Source of the DNA: Camelus dromedarius
Taxonomy: Eukaryota
Length of the DNA stretch: 64,000 nucleotides
Assembly (NCBI RefSeq): GCF_036321535.1
Contig: NC_087439.1
Span: 65,472,001 to 65,536,000 of the forward strand
Reading direction: 5' to 3'
Shown: positions 13,110 to 24,179 of the stretch, piece by piece
Layout of the letters: every line of letters starts with the position of its first letter
Numbering within the stretch: the stretch's first letter is position 1
The notes under the pieces: model-generated
Database searches by the model: none
What the model saw: the letters and a program-made list of their open reading frames with translations, nothing else
What the model was told of the DNA's origin: nothing
Position numbers and translations under genes: made by a program

Positions 13110-13290
13110 AACTCTCAGGAGAAGCACCTTTATACTGACGCGTGCTCCCGTGATTGCCCCAGCTGCATCAACCACTAGCAACTAAATGCTGCCGCCCAGA
13201 AATGGCACGTCCCTTTTCCTCCCACTCCATTCACCAAACAAGTCCAGTGGCAATACCTAACTATCAGAGGACAGGGCACAATTCTCCAGA
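13110..13290 (-). mobile_element. Old MaLR LTR fragment (MLT1H/I/J-like)
   Basis: Minus strand ggacttgtttggtgaatggagtgggaggaaaagggacgtgccatttctgggcggcagcatttagttgc resembles the MLT1 gtgacttgctttggccaatgg...gtgccacttctgggcggaagcattta segment. Confidence 0.55.
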
Positions 13291-14155
13291 ATTAGAGAAG
13301 TATTTACACATGCATACACAGCAGTTAACACCTACTACCCAGACCAGGCACCAAAAAGCATTTCATTTTACCTTTTTATTGATGTGTAAATGTTTTTGTA
13401 AGAAAAAAAGGAAAAATTATGTGATCAGAAAATTATCAACTTTCAGCAAAAATATTCACTATAAACCGAGAAACTTAAATCTTTTAGCAAATCTGTCTGC
13501 CTTCATCCATTCACTAGAAGAAAAGAAATCAATGTAAAACTGACTGGAAAAGGGAAAACACTCATTATATGAGCATTTATCACCCAGGTTCCAGAGAGTT
13601 TACAACCCTGCACAGTATATATAGCAAAACAGAGCTTTTGCCCTTTTGAGAGCTTCCTCTTAGAAGAAAAGATAAACTCCATACGACATTTCAACAGACT
13701 CTTCGTAGATCACAGGCTGCTTGGGTTTAAAAAAATAAGGAAAACATATTAGGAAAGAGAAAAAAATGTGTGGGAAATGGCAGAATATTATTTAAAACAG
13801 AACAACAGGAGATTAATTTTGAACAATTTTGCCTAAACTACACTTCTCCATCGTTTTTATAGTTAGGCATATTAATCAGTCTTTGGAAATTTAACAGTTT
13901 CCAGTCTTGTTGATGAAAACCATGGCCCGCATACTGCTGTGACAAAAATTAGGGGAACATTTAGCTGGAAGGGATATTAGATTCTGTTTTACACTTCTCT
14001 CTGCTTTTGAGAAATCTACCCTAGAACAGACTAAGTCAGATATGTTCTAAAGTCGCATTCTGTATAATGTTTGTCTCTTTACTAGCCAGTTTTATTTTCC
14101 TTCAGCTCTTACATGTCCTTGGCTATCAAGAAGGTGAAATGTCCTTCCTCTAAAT

Positions 14156-14344
14156 CAGTGATTCTCGAAGGTCTGTATGCTTAAGATCCAAGTAGAGTGG
14201 TTGTTTAAAAAAAATCCTTATTCCTGGATGATCTCTCTAAAGATACTGATTCAGAAAATTTCAGACAGGATTTAGCAATCTCCAAACTGGAGCGCCTATT
14301 GGTTCTGATATCAGAATCTGAATACCACCCTTTGAGAGTCACTG
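14156..14344. mobile_element. MER5A (hAT-Charlie) MITE
   Basis: Terminal inverted repeats cagtgattctc / gagagtcactg, about 190 bp, internal ttcctgg...actgattcagaa. Confidence 0.8.
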
Positions 14345-16364
14345 TTGTGATCAACATAGATCGATCCATTCAAGTATTTTTTTCAAAACCTACAATGAGT
14401 GACGAGGAGACTGGCTGGGTCCCATCCAGAGTGGCGCTCCATGGAAGTTGGGTGTTTTTATAGTACTGATTCTCTATGGAATCACTGACATTTGCTATCC
14501 TCTGAACTCCATCAAACTGGTAGTGAATTTCACCATGAACAAGAAACTAATATAGCCCCTGTGAAGAGACAAGATAAACAAGACATTGGCACCGACTTCA
14601 AGAACTTTATAGTCTTTCAAGGGAGTAAAGCCAGGCAGACCACGTACAAGACAGAAGTAGATGCCAGGAGGTGGCATTTGGCTGGGTCTTGAGGGAGGAG
14701 TAGCATTTTACAGGTGTCTGAATGGATCAAATTCATTCTCACTGGGGACAGTACGGATCCGGGCCTAGGCAGAGAGATGTGCAATTGTCTGTTATGTGAG
14801 GAGATGGCAAATGAGGCAGGTTGACTAGACTGTGATGACGTGACAGTTTTCTAAATGACTTGTTTGCAGTCTAAAAATTTTAAAGGGAATAATTTTGTGC
14901 GTATGTGTTAAAGGAGAGAGGCAAAAACAACTTACATTATTTCTCCTGATAATAACTGTAATAAACTCGGTACAATTTAACCATATTTAATCCTCAGGTT
15001 GATCCTTTAGTGAAAGACAAGGAACTAAAATTACGTAAAGGCAGACAGAAGGAGGGAGGGAGGAGAAGGGAGAGGAGCAGAACAGAACGAGGGCTAGCTG
15101 GCTGCAGTGCGCTGGGAAGGAAAGAACGGTGCCCGGTCGGTCACTAGGGTTGCTGTGATCCTGTCTGATTAAGGCTGGCATAAAAAAGCTGCTTAGGAGC
15201 TGGCAACCACGCAGAGGAAGGCAAAAGAGGAGCTAGACCTGAGTTTAAAACACAGTCAGCTCAAATAGCTCTCCAGAAATTACTCAGTATACTCAAGCAA
15301 GTGTAATATGTGATTTGCCAAAAAAATAGTATATATAAACATCATTTCTGTTTGCGATAATAGGCCAAATTATGTTCAAGGGCAATACTTTGCTCCCAGT
15401 TAGAATGACTCACAGAAATAAAAATCAGTTTGCCTGAAGGAATTTATTACTTCCCATACATGTTTATTCCACAGGATGCCCCATCTCTAATAAGAACTTT
15501 ACTTATGACACATCACTTGTATTTTTGATTTTTTGACACTATTTTTTAAAGGATTTCTGAAATTAGAAAATGAATTACTTTTCCTTTTGCCAAGATTAGG
15601 CTGCATTGCAGTCGGTTCTAGAGAAATCTACTTACAATGCTTTGATCAGAAGAAAGTTTTCTCTAAATTGAGATAATGAGCTCTGAGAAATAAAGATAAA
15701 TTTGAGTTGCTAATTCTTTGTGTAAGACAATATCTCTGGAGATAACACAATCTTACATATTAAAATTATTAATATAATTATTAATAACTGATAGATCTGT
15801 GCCATGTGATCAAATTAGAGTCTAGAATAAGTTAATTTTGCTTGTAAGCTCCATTAATTACCTAGTGTTCCTCTGCTTTAAGATATTATGGGAAACAAAA
15901 TCTCAGCTTTTGAGAATTTCTAAAAATTTCTGCATATTTGATAGAATGTATGACTCTTTACTGAAAAAAAAGGAACAAGATTTTTCAAAGCATTTAAAAC
16001 ATGATTTAACCAAAAAATCAATTTCTCCATAATTTCTAGGAGTCTGCTTCATAAAGCAAGGTGATCTTTAACATGGTAGCAGACATGAAGGAGACAATGA
16101 GAATGTCAGATCCACATATTATAATAGTATGAAGTTGCAGGGATGCGGGACCAGGATTTATCCTGAGCAGATATGTGGGTAGACTGAACTGCTCCAGCAA
16201 TGTGGGTGCGCCCATTTTGAACAACTTGTGCAGGGAACTGGAAAAAGTACCAGAGCAATCTGTCCACATTGAACAAATTGCTTGGCTTTTAAACAATCAC
16301 CTAACTTCTCTGGACCTCACTTTATTCATCTGCGTTATTAATGGAATTGGACCAGATACTTGTT

Positions 16365-16478
16365 ATCGGAAGCTTTGAAAATGCAGAATGCTGGGTTCCA
16401 CCCAGATCTACTGAAACAGAATTAGTATTTAACAAGAGCTATGGGTGCTTCCAATGTCCATCAAGTTTGAAAAGCACT
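16365..16478 (+). mobile_element. MER5 fragment
   Basis: aaaatgcagaatgctgggttccacccagatctactgaaacagaat...ttaacaag...aagtttgaaaagcactg. Confidence 0.8.
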
Positions 16479-16589
16479 GTCCTAGATGGTCTGTACGTTA
16501 CCCCTTGCTGTACTTTTCTTTAAGGCTCTCTCTTCTTTGCACGTTCTCCCTTCCGCAAGGGAGGCAATGGCTTTGGGAAAAGGTCAATG

Positions 16590-16800
16590 TTTTCTTGAGT
16601 TTGGGAGTCAAGCTTGAGTTGGAATCCTGGCTCAGCAGTTAGTTACTTTGTGACTCTGTGTAACTGACTTCACTTTACTTAATCACAGTTTTCTGATCTT
16701 CAATAGTGCACGCGTTTGTCACATGTTTTATGTGTTAATTAATGTTTGTCAAGTCTCTGACACATATTTGAGGCTTAATAACTGGTAGATGTAATTATTG
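16590..16800 (+). mobile_element. Degraded MIR
   Basis: ggaatcctggctcagcagttagttactttgtgactct and a 3' tail attattgctactatt. Confidence 0.55.
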
Positions 16801-19789
16801 CTACTATTCCTATCATCTTTACAACCCTGAATTTCCCTCCTTAGCTCATGGTAGCTAAGGGATAAGTCTAGCTAATTTATCACCTAGAGATTAATCTCTC
16901 CATCTCTTTCTGTGCTTTCCTTTCAAAAGGAGATTTTAAGAGGCTGTTGGTCAGGGAAGGGCATAGTCAAAATGGCCTTTAGCTCACCTCTGTTCTCAGT
17001 TGTCTCTGGACTGTGACCGGACTTGGGATAAGGCATCCACACCCTGTCATCCACACTAGGATTAGACGGAAGAGCGATGATTCACTCCTATGATCAAATG
17101 CTTGTCTCTGTGGCAGACCCTAGACCCACTTCCTCTATTGTGCATGAGGAAGTAAGAAGTTTACTGTCCCAGAAAGATTCCTGATCTTTGATTTAAAGCT
17201 CAAAAAATATCTATCATGAGTTATTGTCGTGTTCTAGATGAGCCGAAAGAAGAGACCGAATATCCTCAGTGCTTGCCTCATACACAGACATTTTTGGGAA
17301 GAAGTCATCCCAGCCAGGTCTCTCCCCATCGCGGTGGCTGTTGCCAGTGCCATCTACTTTGTGAGGGGGAGGACCCAGCAGCTGCCCTGATCATAGTCAA
17401 TTTTATATTGACTGTTGCCTGACCCTGAAGCAGGCTAGTTCCTAACGTTTGGCATCTTGCATCAAGGAAACAAATGGAGGCCAACATACCATTATCTCTA
17501 AATTATTCAAACTTATAAATTGAAACTTAAAGTAAGCATTATTTTGATAAATCTCAAAGTTTTAGGTTAATTTTTAAAATTTAACTACAGTTAAAAATTT
17601 CTTTTATAAAGAAAAAATTATCTACAGTTCTAGAGTTTGGTATTTTCCCAGTTGCCAATGAAAAAACTAGTATTACACTTCATCTCTCTCTTTCTCTCAT
17701 TATTAAATATATATATACAAGTTATTTAATATCACAAAATATTCTTTGGTAGCCTTTTGCAGTGGTTGCAAATACCCCACTAATTTGTGAATTTCTGCAA
17801 ATGGTTATATAAAAGGAGACAATAAAATGGACCATCATTTTTCCTGCGAAACAATATTTAATAATGTAAGAATTAGAAACATGATATGTGAGAATATTGC
17901 CATATTACTTGGTCTTTTCAGTTACTTAAGGGCTTAAACTGCTCAAATTTCTCCCACACTCTGAAGCATTATCTTTTTCCAACATAGGCAACATAGTCAG
18001 ACCCATAAACCTTCATGACATTTGTCTGCATGTTTTTCTTTTGATAACATAGAGTAAAAGATGTTCAGAAGCTTTACTGGAGCTTGAAGGGTCTTCATCA
18101 AAAGAGAGGACACTCAGGTTATGGGTTCTGCCCCAACAGGATGTTCTCGTGTCTTCAGTACACTTTCCATTTTGCAAAAGCATGCTATGCGGAGCCCTCT
18201 AAATAGAGTGGCTTGGTGTAGAAGTCCCTCTTGCTTGGGTTTAAGGACAGTAGGTTTTTTTGGCTGATCCCACAGAGATAGATGGCCAGTACTGCCTAAT
18301 ACAACTACAGCACACCAAGGGATATCGAAGCCATGCCAAGCAAACTCTTCCCTTTGGAAAATGAGTGGTTAATGTGGCCAGATTTTCTGTCTCGAGAACT
18401 GTCAAGCAGATTTTCTTTGTATTAATGAAGATTCCTCTATATCATGGAATTTGGATAACTGAACTCGAGTCGATGTGTTGCATAAACTGATTTATGCTCC
18501 TACCTCATGCACCATCCTCCTTGCAATAAATATACGTAATTACAGATAAGCTGGGATTTTAATTTCTTGAGATCCTCCGTGGCCTAAATAGCAAGTCTAA
18601 TAACATTCTTTATAAATAGCTTCACTTTAACGCCATGTTATCTTGTACAAGCCATTAATATTCCAGAGCTTCAATGATCTATTAAAATAAAATGAGGAAA
18701 ATTATATCTGTCACTCAGGGTTGCTTCAAGACTAAACATGTTCATATGCTTAGAAGGTGCTCAGTTAATTAAATATGAAGATAAAGCAGAAAAGACAAGT
18801 CCAAAACCCAGAAATGCTACTGTCAGTCATATATTTACATTTCATAGTAAGACTGTTAGGATATTACTTCCTCTTTTCCATATTGGTTTTTGTTGTTGTT
18901 GTCGTTGTTTTGTTCTGTTTTTGTCAAATGCCTCTGAGAGTCACTACGATGCCGGTAATTCTCACACTGACTTGGAGAGGTGCTGGTTCTTTGCATTGAT
19001 AAAGGTTAAAGAGACAAAAGGAAGCTTAGCTGGTGGTTGAGTCAGGCTTCTACCTGAAAATGGCCAAGTTGGGGTGAGCCTGCAGACTCTCCACGACTCA
19101 AACAGAGGAAATGAGCTTTTAGTCAGAAGGAGCCCTAGGGCATGAGTAAAATGTCATTTGCTACACTTCTGAGATATATTACAGAGAAAACCACTGAAAC
19201 ATTTATTGTCTCCAGCTGCTGCTTACTCCAGTCTTGTTTGTACTTTATGAGTCCAGTCATTGGTGGATGCTCTCGCTCCTCCCCAAACTTTCATGCTTTG
19301 ATTTCCTTGAAGCTACTCTTGTATTGGAACTTTTGAGGTTTCCCAGAAATATTTTGTAATACACGTATGGTTCACTTTGCCAAGTTGATGTACAATATCA
19401 GTGTTGGATAACAATGGAAAACGCAGGATAAAAAGCATTCAAATGCTTGCGTTTAAATATAGTTTTCTAATTGTTTAACTGTTTTGTGTTTTGTAGTTCA
19501 TCTGTTTTCTAAAAGGATTCAGGGTAACTAATGGTATTGATACACTTCCAAGACAGACACTTGAAATAATTTTAAACTCAGACCAAGACCCATGGGAAAA
19601 GACAGTGACTGCTGAATCAGAGATTTGGGATTAGGTAGCTACTCTTAATGCATTCAAAATTTAAATCTGAGTTCCAGAATCCAAAAGCAGAAAATATTCA
19701 CTTTCAATGAAATAGCTGTCACATTCCTCACATGACAATAAAATATCCAAACTTACCTGAAGACACAAAACTACTAAATATGCATTCTG

Positions 19790-19900
19790 TCCTCCAGTAG
19801 GACCACATGCTCCTTGTGTCATTTATCTTTCAAGCCTAACACTCAACACAAAGTCTGGTTCTTAGGAGACCCTCATGAGAGTTTGTAAAATGAGTTAATT
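19790..19900 (+). mobile_element. L2 3' end
   Basis: cctccagtaggaccacatgctccttg...aacacaaagtctggttcttaggagaccctcatgagagtttgtaaaatgag. Confidence 0.55.
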
Positions 19901-20099
19901 TATTACATGGATCATGGTAAATATGAAACATGATAAAAATGAAGTCAAAGTTTTGCAAGAGATTCTAAATATAAAATTGGAGGCTAATCCTTGTAGAAAT
20001 TTTTCTGTGCAAGGCTATTCTTAGTTTAATTCTGTTTTCGACTTTGTTCCTTTCCCTAGTCCTACTATACTATTTGCTGATTTATCTTGGATATGTAAA

Positions 20100-20950
20100 T
20101 ATCCTCATACAATATGCAGTGTATTTTTTGCATTTGTATATTTTCAATATATATAACTAGTATATTACTATAGAGCTTATTATTCTCAGTGTTTTCACTT
20201 GACACTAGGCAAATTGCTATATGAATGTTAATTGGTTTTAATTGCAGAGTATTTCATGATGCTTAATCATCACATTTTGTTTATACATTTCCTTACTGGA
20301 TACCAAGATTGCCCCTGACCCCCTGTTGCCTCAAAAATGAACTCATGTCAGCCTGAACAATTTTTCTCTGGGATATATTCCCAAAGGCTGATCGCTGAGT
20401 CATAGTCTGTCTGGGTTTGGCATCATCCATCTGCCAGATTGTTCTTTAAGTAACTGCTTTACTTCTACCTGCTGGGCAGGATGGTTTCCATTTCTCTACA
20501 TCTTTTCCAATGTTTGGTATGTTCTGATTTTAAACTTATGCTGATTTAATATGTTTAGAGTGATACTTTGTTTTAATATGCATTTTTCTGATTACCGATG
20601 ATGCTGAATATTACTTCACATTCTTGTTAGCAATCAGATTTCCCGTTTTGTCCTTTTTTTATATCCTTTGATCATTTTTTCTAGCAATTTATTTCTTGTT
20701 GATTTTTAAGAATTCCTGGTATAGTCTATATACTAATCCTCACTGAGTTTTAGAGGTTACAAATATCTTTTCCCAGTCTGTCATTAGTTAACTTTGTCCA
20801 TGGTTCAGTTTATTGATCAGACATTCTTAATATTGGTGTGTTAAAATACAATTATTTTTGCCTTATGGTTTGTTTTGGGGGTAGCAAGAAGTCCTTTTTT
20901 ACCTCAAAGTTCCAAAAATAACCGTCTATATTTTCTTATGTTAACATTTT
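20100..20950 (-). mobile_element. Old L1 (L1ME-like) fragment
   Basis: gttttaatatgcatttttctgattaccgatgatgctgaatattacttcacattcttgttagcaatc is a reverse L1 ORF2/3' motif. Confidence 0.75.
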
Positions 20951-21079
20951 AGTTTTATTTTCATGTATGGTTTTGGACTCCTATTAATTTTCTATCACAC
21001 CATTTTATTTTATATTATTTATTGGACATGCCAATATTAGGAATAATGTCACATATTCCTTTCTTTATTTTTGGTCTGT

Positions 21080-21200
21080 ATTCCCATTCTGGAAAGTGAG
21101 CTCCATGGTAAAGAGCTTTTTCAGTTTGTTCTTCATTTTATATCTAATGCCCAGAACGTCCCTGGTACAGTAGTTGTTACATAAATTCATTGTTAAAGTG
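21080..21200 (+). mobile_element. L2 3' end
   Basis: ctggaaagtgagctccatggtaaagag...gcccagaacgtccctggtacagtag. Confidence 0.75.
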
Positions 21201-21229
21201 TTCCACTTAACATTAAAAAATAGATCCAG

Positions 21230-21640
21230 AAATTTTAGCTCTATAATAGTTTAACCAAATATGACATTTTTGGAAACACTTAATTAGCAGGTTAAGTTTC
21301 TTAAGATTTCTTAATTTGCAGCTACTCAATGAAGACATCACCATAGAGAAGAACATTTCTTTTTATAATACTCACAACTCATTAATTTAATGAATTTGCC
21401 AAGTTGTTTAAATATATTAAAAATAGAGGTGCTAAGATAGCTTCTTTTATGCTATTTAGGATTGGAATTTTATCTGTCAAATTATCCACATGAATTCTGT
21501 CTATCATGTTAGATATGGCAACTATTAGAAAAAACATAATAGCCTCGGCTCTACACACAGATTGTGCGTAAATGCATTTTGAGTCTGGGATTAAGATCTG
21601 GTGAATAATTGCATCAGGTAATGTTGGCACCTCATTTCCA
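21230..21640 (-). mobile_element. Ancient non-LTR retrotransposon RT fragment (RTE-X/L4-like)
   Basis: One frame reads FFLIVAISNMIDRIHVDNLTDKIPILNSIKEAILAPLFLIYLNNLANSLN**VVSIIKRNVLLYGDV. These are degenerate RT motifs B' (GVKQGCILAPxLFxxYxNDL) and C (VLLYADD) in frame. Confidence 0.65.
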
Positions 21641-21719
21641 GCCCGTGATTCCTTTGTACATTTCTGAACCTTCCTCCCCTGCCTGCTTCCCCAAACACCT
21701 TTCACTTGTTGGCTTTCAG

Positions 21720-22016
21720 TATGTTTTCCATGGCCAGACCTCAGGCTCTTCTTCAGCCTAATTTATGTGGCGCACCACTCCCATGTGGGAATATTCAATT
21801 TCAGTTTCCTCATTCCTGCTGGGGACAACTATGAGGTGTACCACATACTCCAGAGTTCCCCTGGAGGATCAGGTGGGAGCTCCCCTCGATGGGACTTTTG
21901 CCAGATACCTCACCTTTATCTCTAGTATGACTCATAGTCTTGGGGAGCACATCCTGAACAGATTACTTGCACACAGATCGTCTCCAGAAGATCAGCTTCT
22001 GGGAAACCCAATGTAG
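21720..22016 (+). mobile_element. ERVL-type LTR fragment (LTR16/33/41-like)
   Basis: 3' end ggggagcacatcctgaacagattacttgcacacagatcgtctcc...cagcttctgggaaacccaa. Confidence 0.6.
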
Positions 22017-23744
22017 CACCATAGTTGAGGAACTCTAGTAAGACTCTTAAGCCTTCTTTCTTGTAGCTGAAACAGGACAATAAAAGTCAGGTATATCTCA
22101 ACTCTACTTGTTTTTCAGAATCGAGGAGCCAGTTTTCCAGGGTTAAAAAGAAAGCATGTTTAGAAATTTTAAGAAATACAGCAAACCCATTTGTAATTTT
22201 TTTTTAAATTCTGAAAATGGGGTTTCTCTTTCAGTTCATCCCAGGATAAACATGACCAAAGAGCAAAGAGCTAATTAGGAGAAATGGATATGATAAAGCA
22301 ATTCTGTAGTGGAAGAGACTGTCTCTTAGAACTTTTAAAATTTTAGATAATTAATGGAATATTTTAAAGTGGATGCCAATCCTTCATTACACCTAGGAAA
22401 ATAATTAAACCTATAAACTGTAGGCAAATCATTATAAAGATATGAATTATTCTTAACTGACCCAGCAGGCATATGGTTTCTCTTACCAAAACTTTGCCAG
22501 AGGCAAAAGGATTTCCAAATCTGCTTTTTTATTGACCTCGGAAGCTGTCATCAAGCTTCATTATATCCAATTTAGTTTTCTCTGGTACATTGTTTATAAT
22601 TAAAATATTTTTGAACAGATATATTTGTATGATTCACATTTCTGTTATCATTGGCCTGGGCCCTACCTCCATTCCCATAGATAATTGCTATTACCAGTAT
22701 TCTACATATTCTTCTACTAGAGTTTCTTTGTGTAGATATAAGCAGATATAAATATGATTTCTTATCCTTTCTAGTGCTCTGGTGCCCAGATATTGACCTA
22801 TATTTTCCAGGTGCAGCCCCCATCTAACTAAATTTTTCCTTCACCTTATATACTTGATAGCTGAAAAGATGATAACATCGGAGTAAGAATGGGTGGCAAG
22901 CTGTGAATAGTTGTTGCTACGAGGTTATAGAGATGGCTGTTCCAAGAGTACTGATCCAGATGCTGAGAATTCTTTAGACCTCAACTTCATCTTCCTGATC
23001 AAGTTCCTCCCTTGCAGTAGTAACAACAGAGGAGTAATTGTATGGGCATCGTTTCAATTTTCTAGGGGACACATATTGAATATTAGCTTTCCATTTAATT
23101 CTGATGGCAAAGAATTAAGATGAATCCTGTGAATCAGCATGTCCAGTTATCATTTCCTGATGTATGACACTGAGCTTTCAATTCCACAGGTCAGTTTTCA
23201 CTGTGTATTTTGTGGTGTCAATTATTAAGACTCGAGTGTACTCTGTACCTGAGCCAAACTTCTTTTTCTAAACCAAAAGAAGAGAGGCAAATTAACATGA
23301 AGGGGAAGCAGAAGTGTCTCATGCATGGCCCCTTAGGCTTTGTCTTTGAAGCCTACATAGAACATTAATTTTTGAAGAAAGCAAATATTCTTTTTTAATC
23401 TCTCTTAAAAGTAATTTTTATTTTTAACTAGGAATTATTAAGTTGTAAAAGTGATACATTAGTATATTCTTATTGTTAAAAAAAATCAGTGATACATAAA
23501 AAGCCAAGTGACAATGTGGTGACTTTTCCAGCCTCTACAAATTCCATCCCCAGAGGGAACCCCTGCCATCAGTTTTGTCTTTACCCTTGCAGGCACTTTT
23601 CCTGTACATTTATACATTTGTGCATCTATAGACATCACAGCCTTGTTTATGTTTGAATATGTGGGTGGAGTCGTACTTTGCAAAATGCTCTCCTTGCTTT
23701 TCCCACTGAGAGATAAAATTTGTATCTTTTAATATCATAATACA

Positions 23745-23900
23745 GACATCTGACCTAGTATTCTGACCTTGGGCAAATTGCTTAACTTCTCTTCATCTTC
23801 GATTTACTTTTTTTTCCTACAGTGACAGTCACAATGAGACATACCACACTGGGTTATCCTGAGGATGGTGTGAGGTAACACTTGTGAAATGCCAGTAACC
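23745..23900 (+). mobile_element. MIR SINE fragment
   Basis: tgaccttgggcaaattgcttaacttctct...gggttatcctgaggat. Confidence 0.8.
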
Positions 23901-24179
23901 CCTCCATGTCTTCAAATGTTTATTGGACATTTGTACTTCTCTTCTTGTAAATTGCCCTTTCATGTCCTGATTTCATTTTTCTACTCGATTCTTCTTTTTA
24001 TTGACCTATGCATTTTTATTGACCTATACATTTTCTTGATGTCATTAATGAGCCTTATGTATTTCACATATATGCGAACATTTTTTTTCACAGCTTGTCT
24101 GTTTTCTTTTGACTCTGTTTATGGCATTTGAATTTTTGCCTGTGGGCAAATGTGTTGTTTCATTTAAGACATAGACGTG

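Noticed and set aside
13125-13150. Minus-strand CGTCA + TATAAA promoter-like motif (gcacgcgtcagtataaagg)
   Set aside because: It lies in a segment that aligns by eye to an MLT1 LTR, and no convincing downstream exon was found. Exaptation is not excluded but is unsupported.
13154-13537. 127-aa ORF
   Set aside because: Begins in the antisense of an MLT1 fragment and runs through low-complexity A/T sequence.
14420-14440. CTCF-like ccagagtggcgc
   Set aside because: One extra base in the core breaks the motif spacing.
16100-16270. Possible CR1/L3 fragment or exon (DAGPGFILSRYVGRLNCSSNVGAPILNNLCRELEKVPEQ)
   Set aside because: Only faint resemblance to the CR1 3' ORF2 region, and the ORF runs into a MIR. 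Not enough to call.
17395-17413. Small palindromes and hairpins (also 14303-14316, 28408-28426) and short tandem duplications (23997-24033, 51978-52019)
   Set aside because: 7-8-bp stems and short slippage duplications are expected background in AT-rich DNA.
18497-18507. let-7-like TGAGGTAGGAG on the minus strand (let-7 seed match on plus)
   Set aside because: No hairpin partner or further let-7 similarity, and no demonstrated 3' UTR.
22050-22145. Two adjacent short exon-like segments (24 and 23 nt)
   Set aside because: The intervening intron would be under 40 nt and the second donor is weak. Not supportable.
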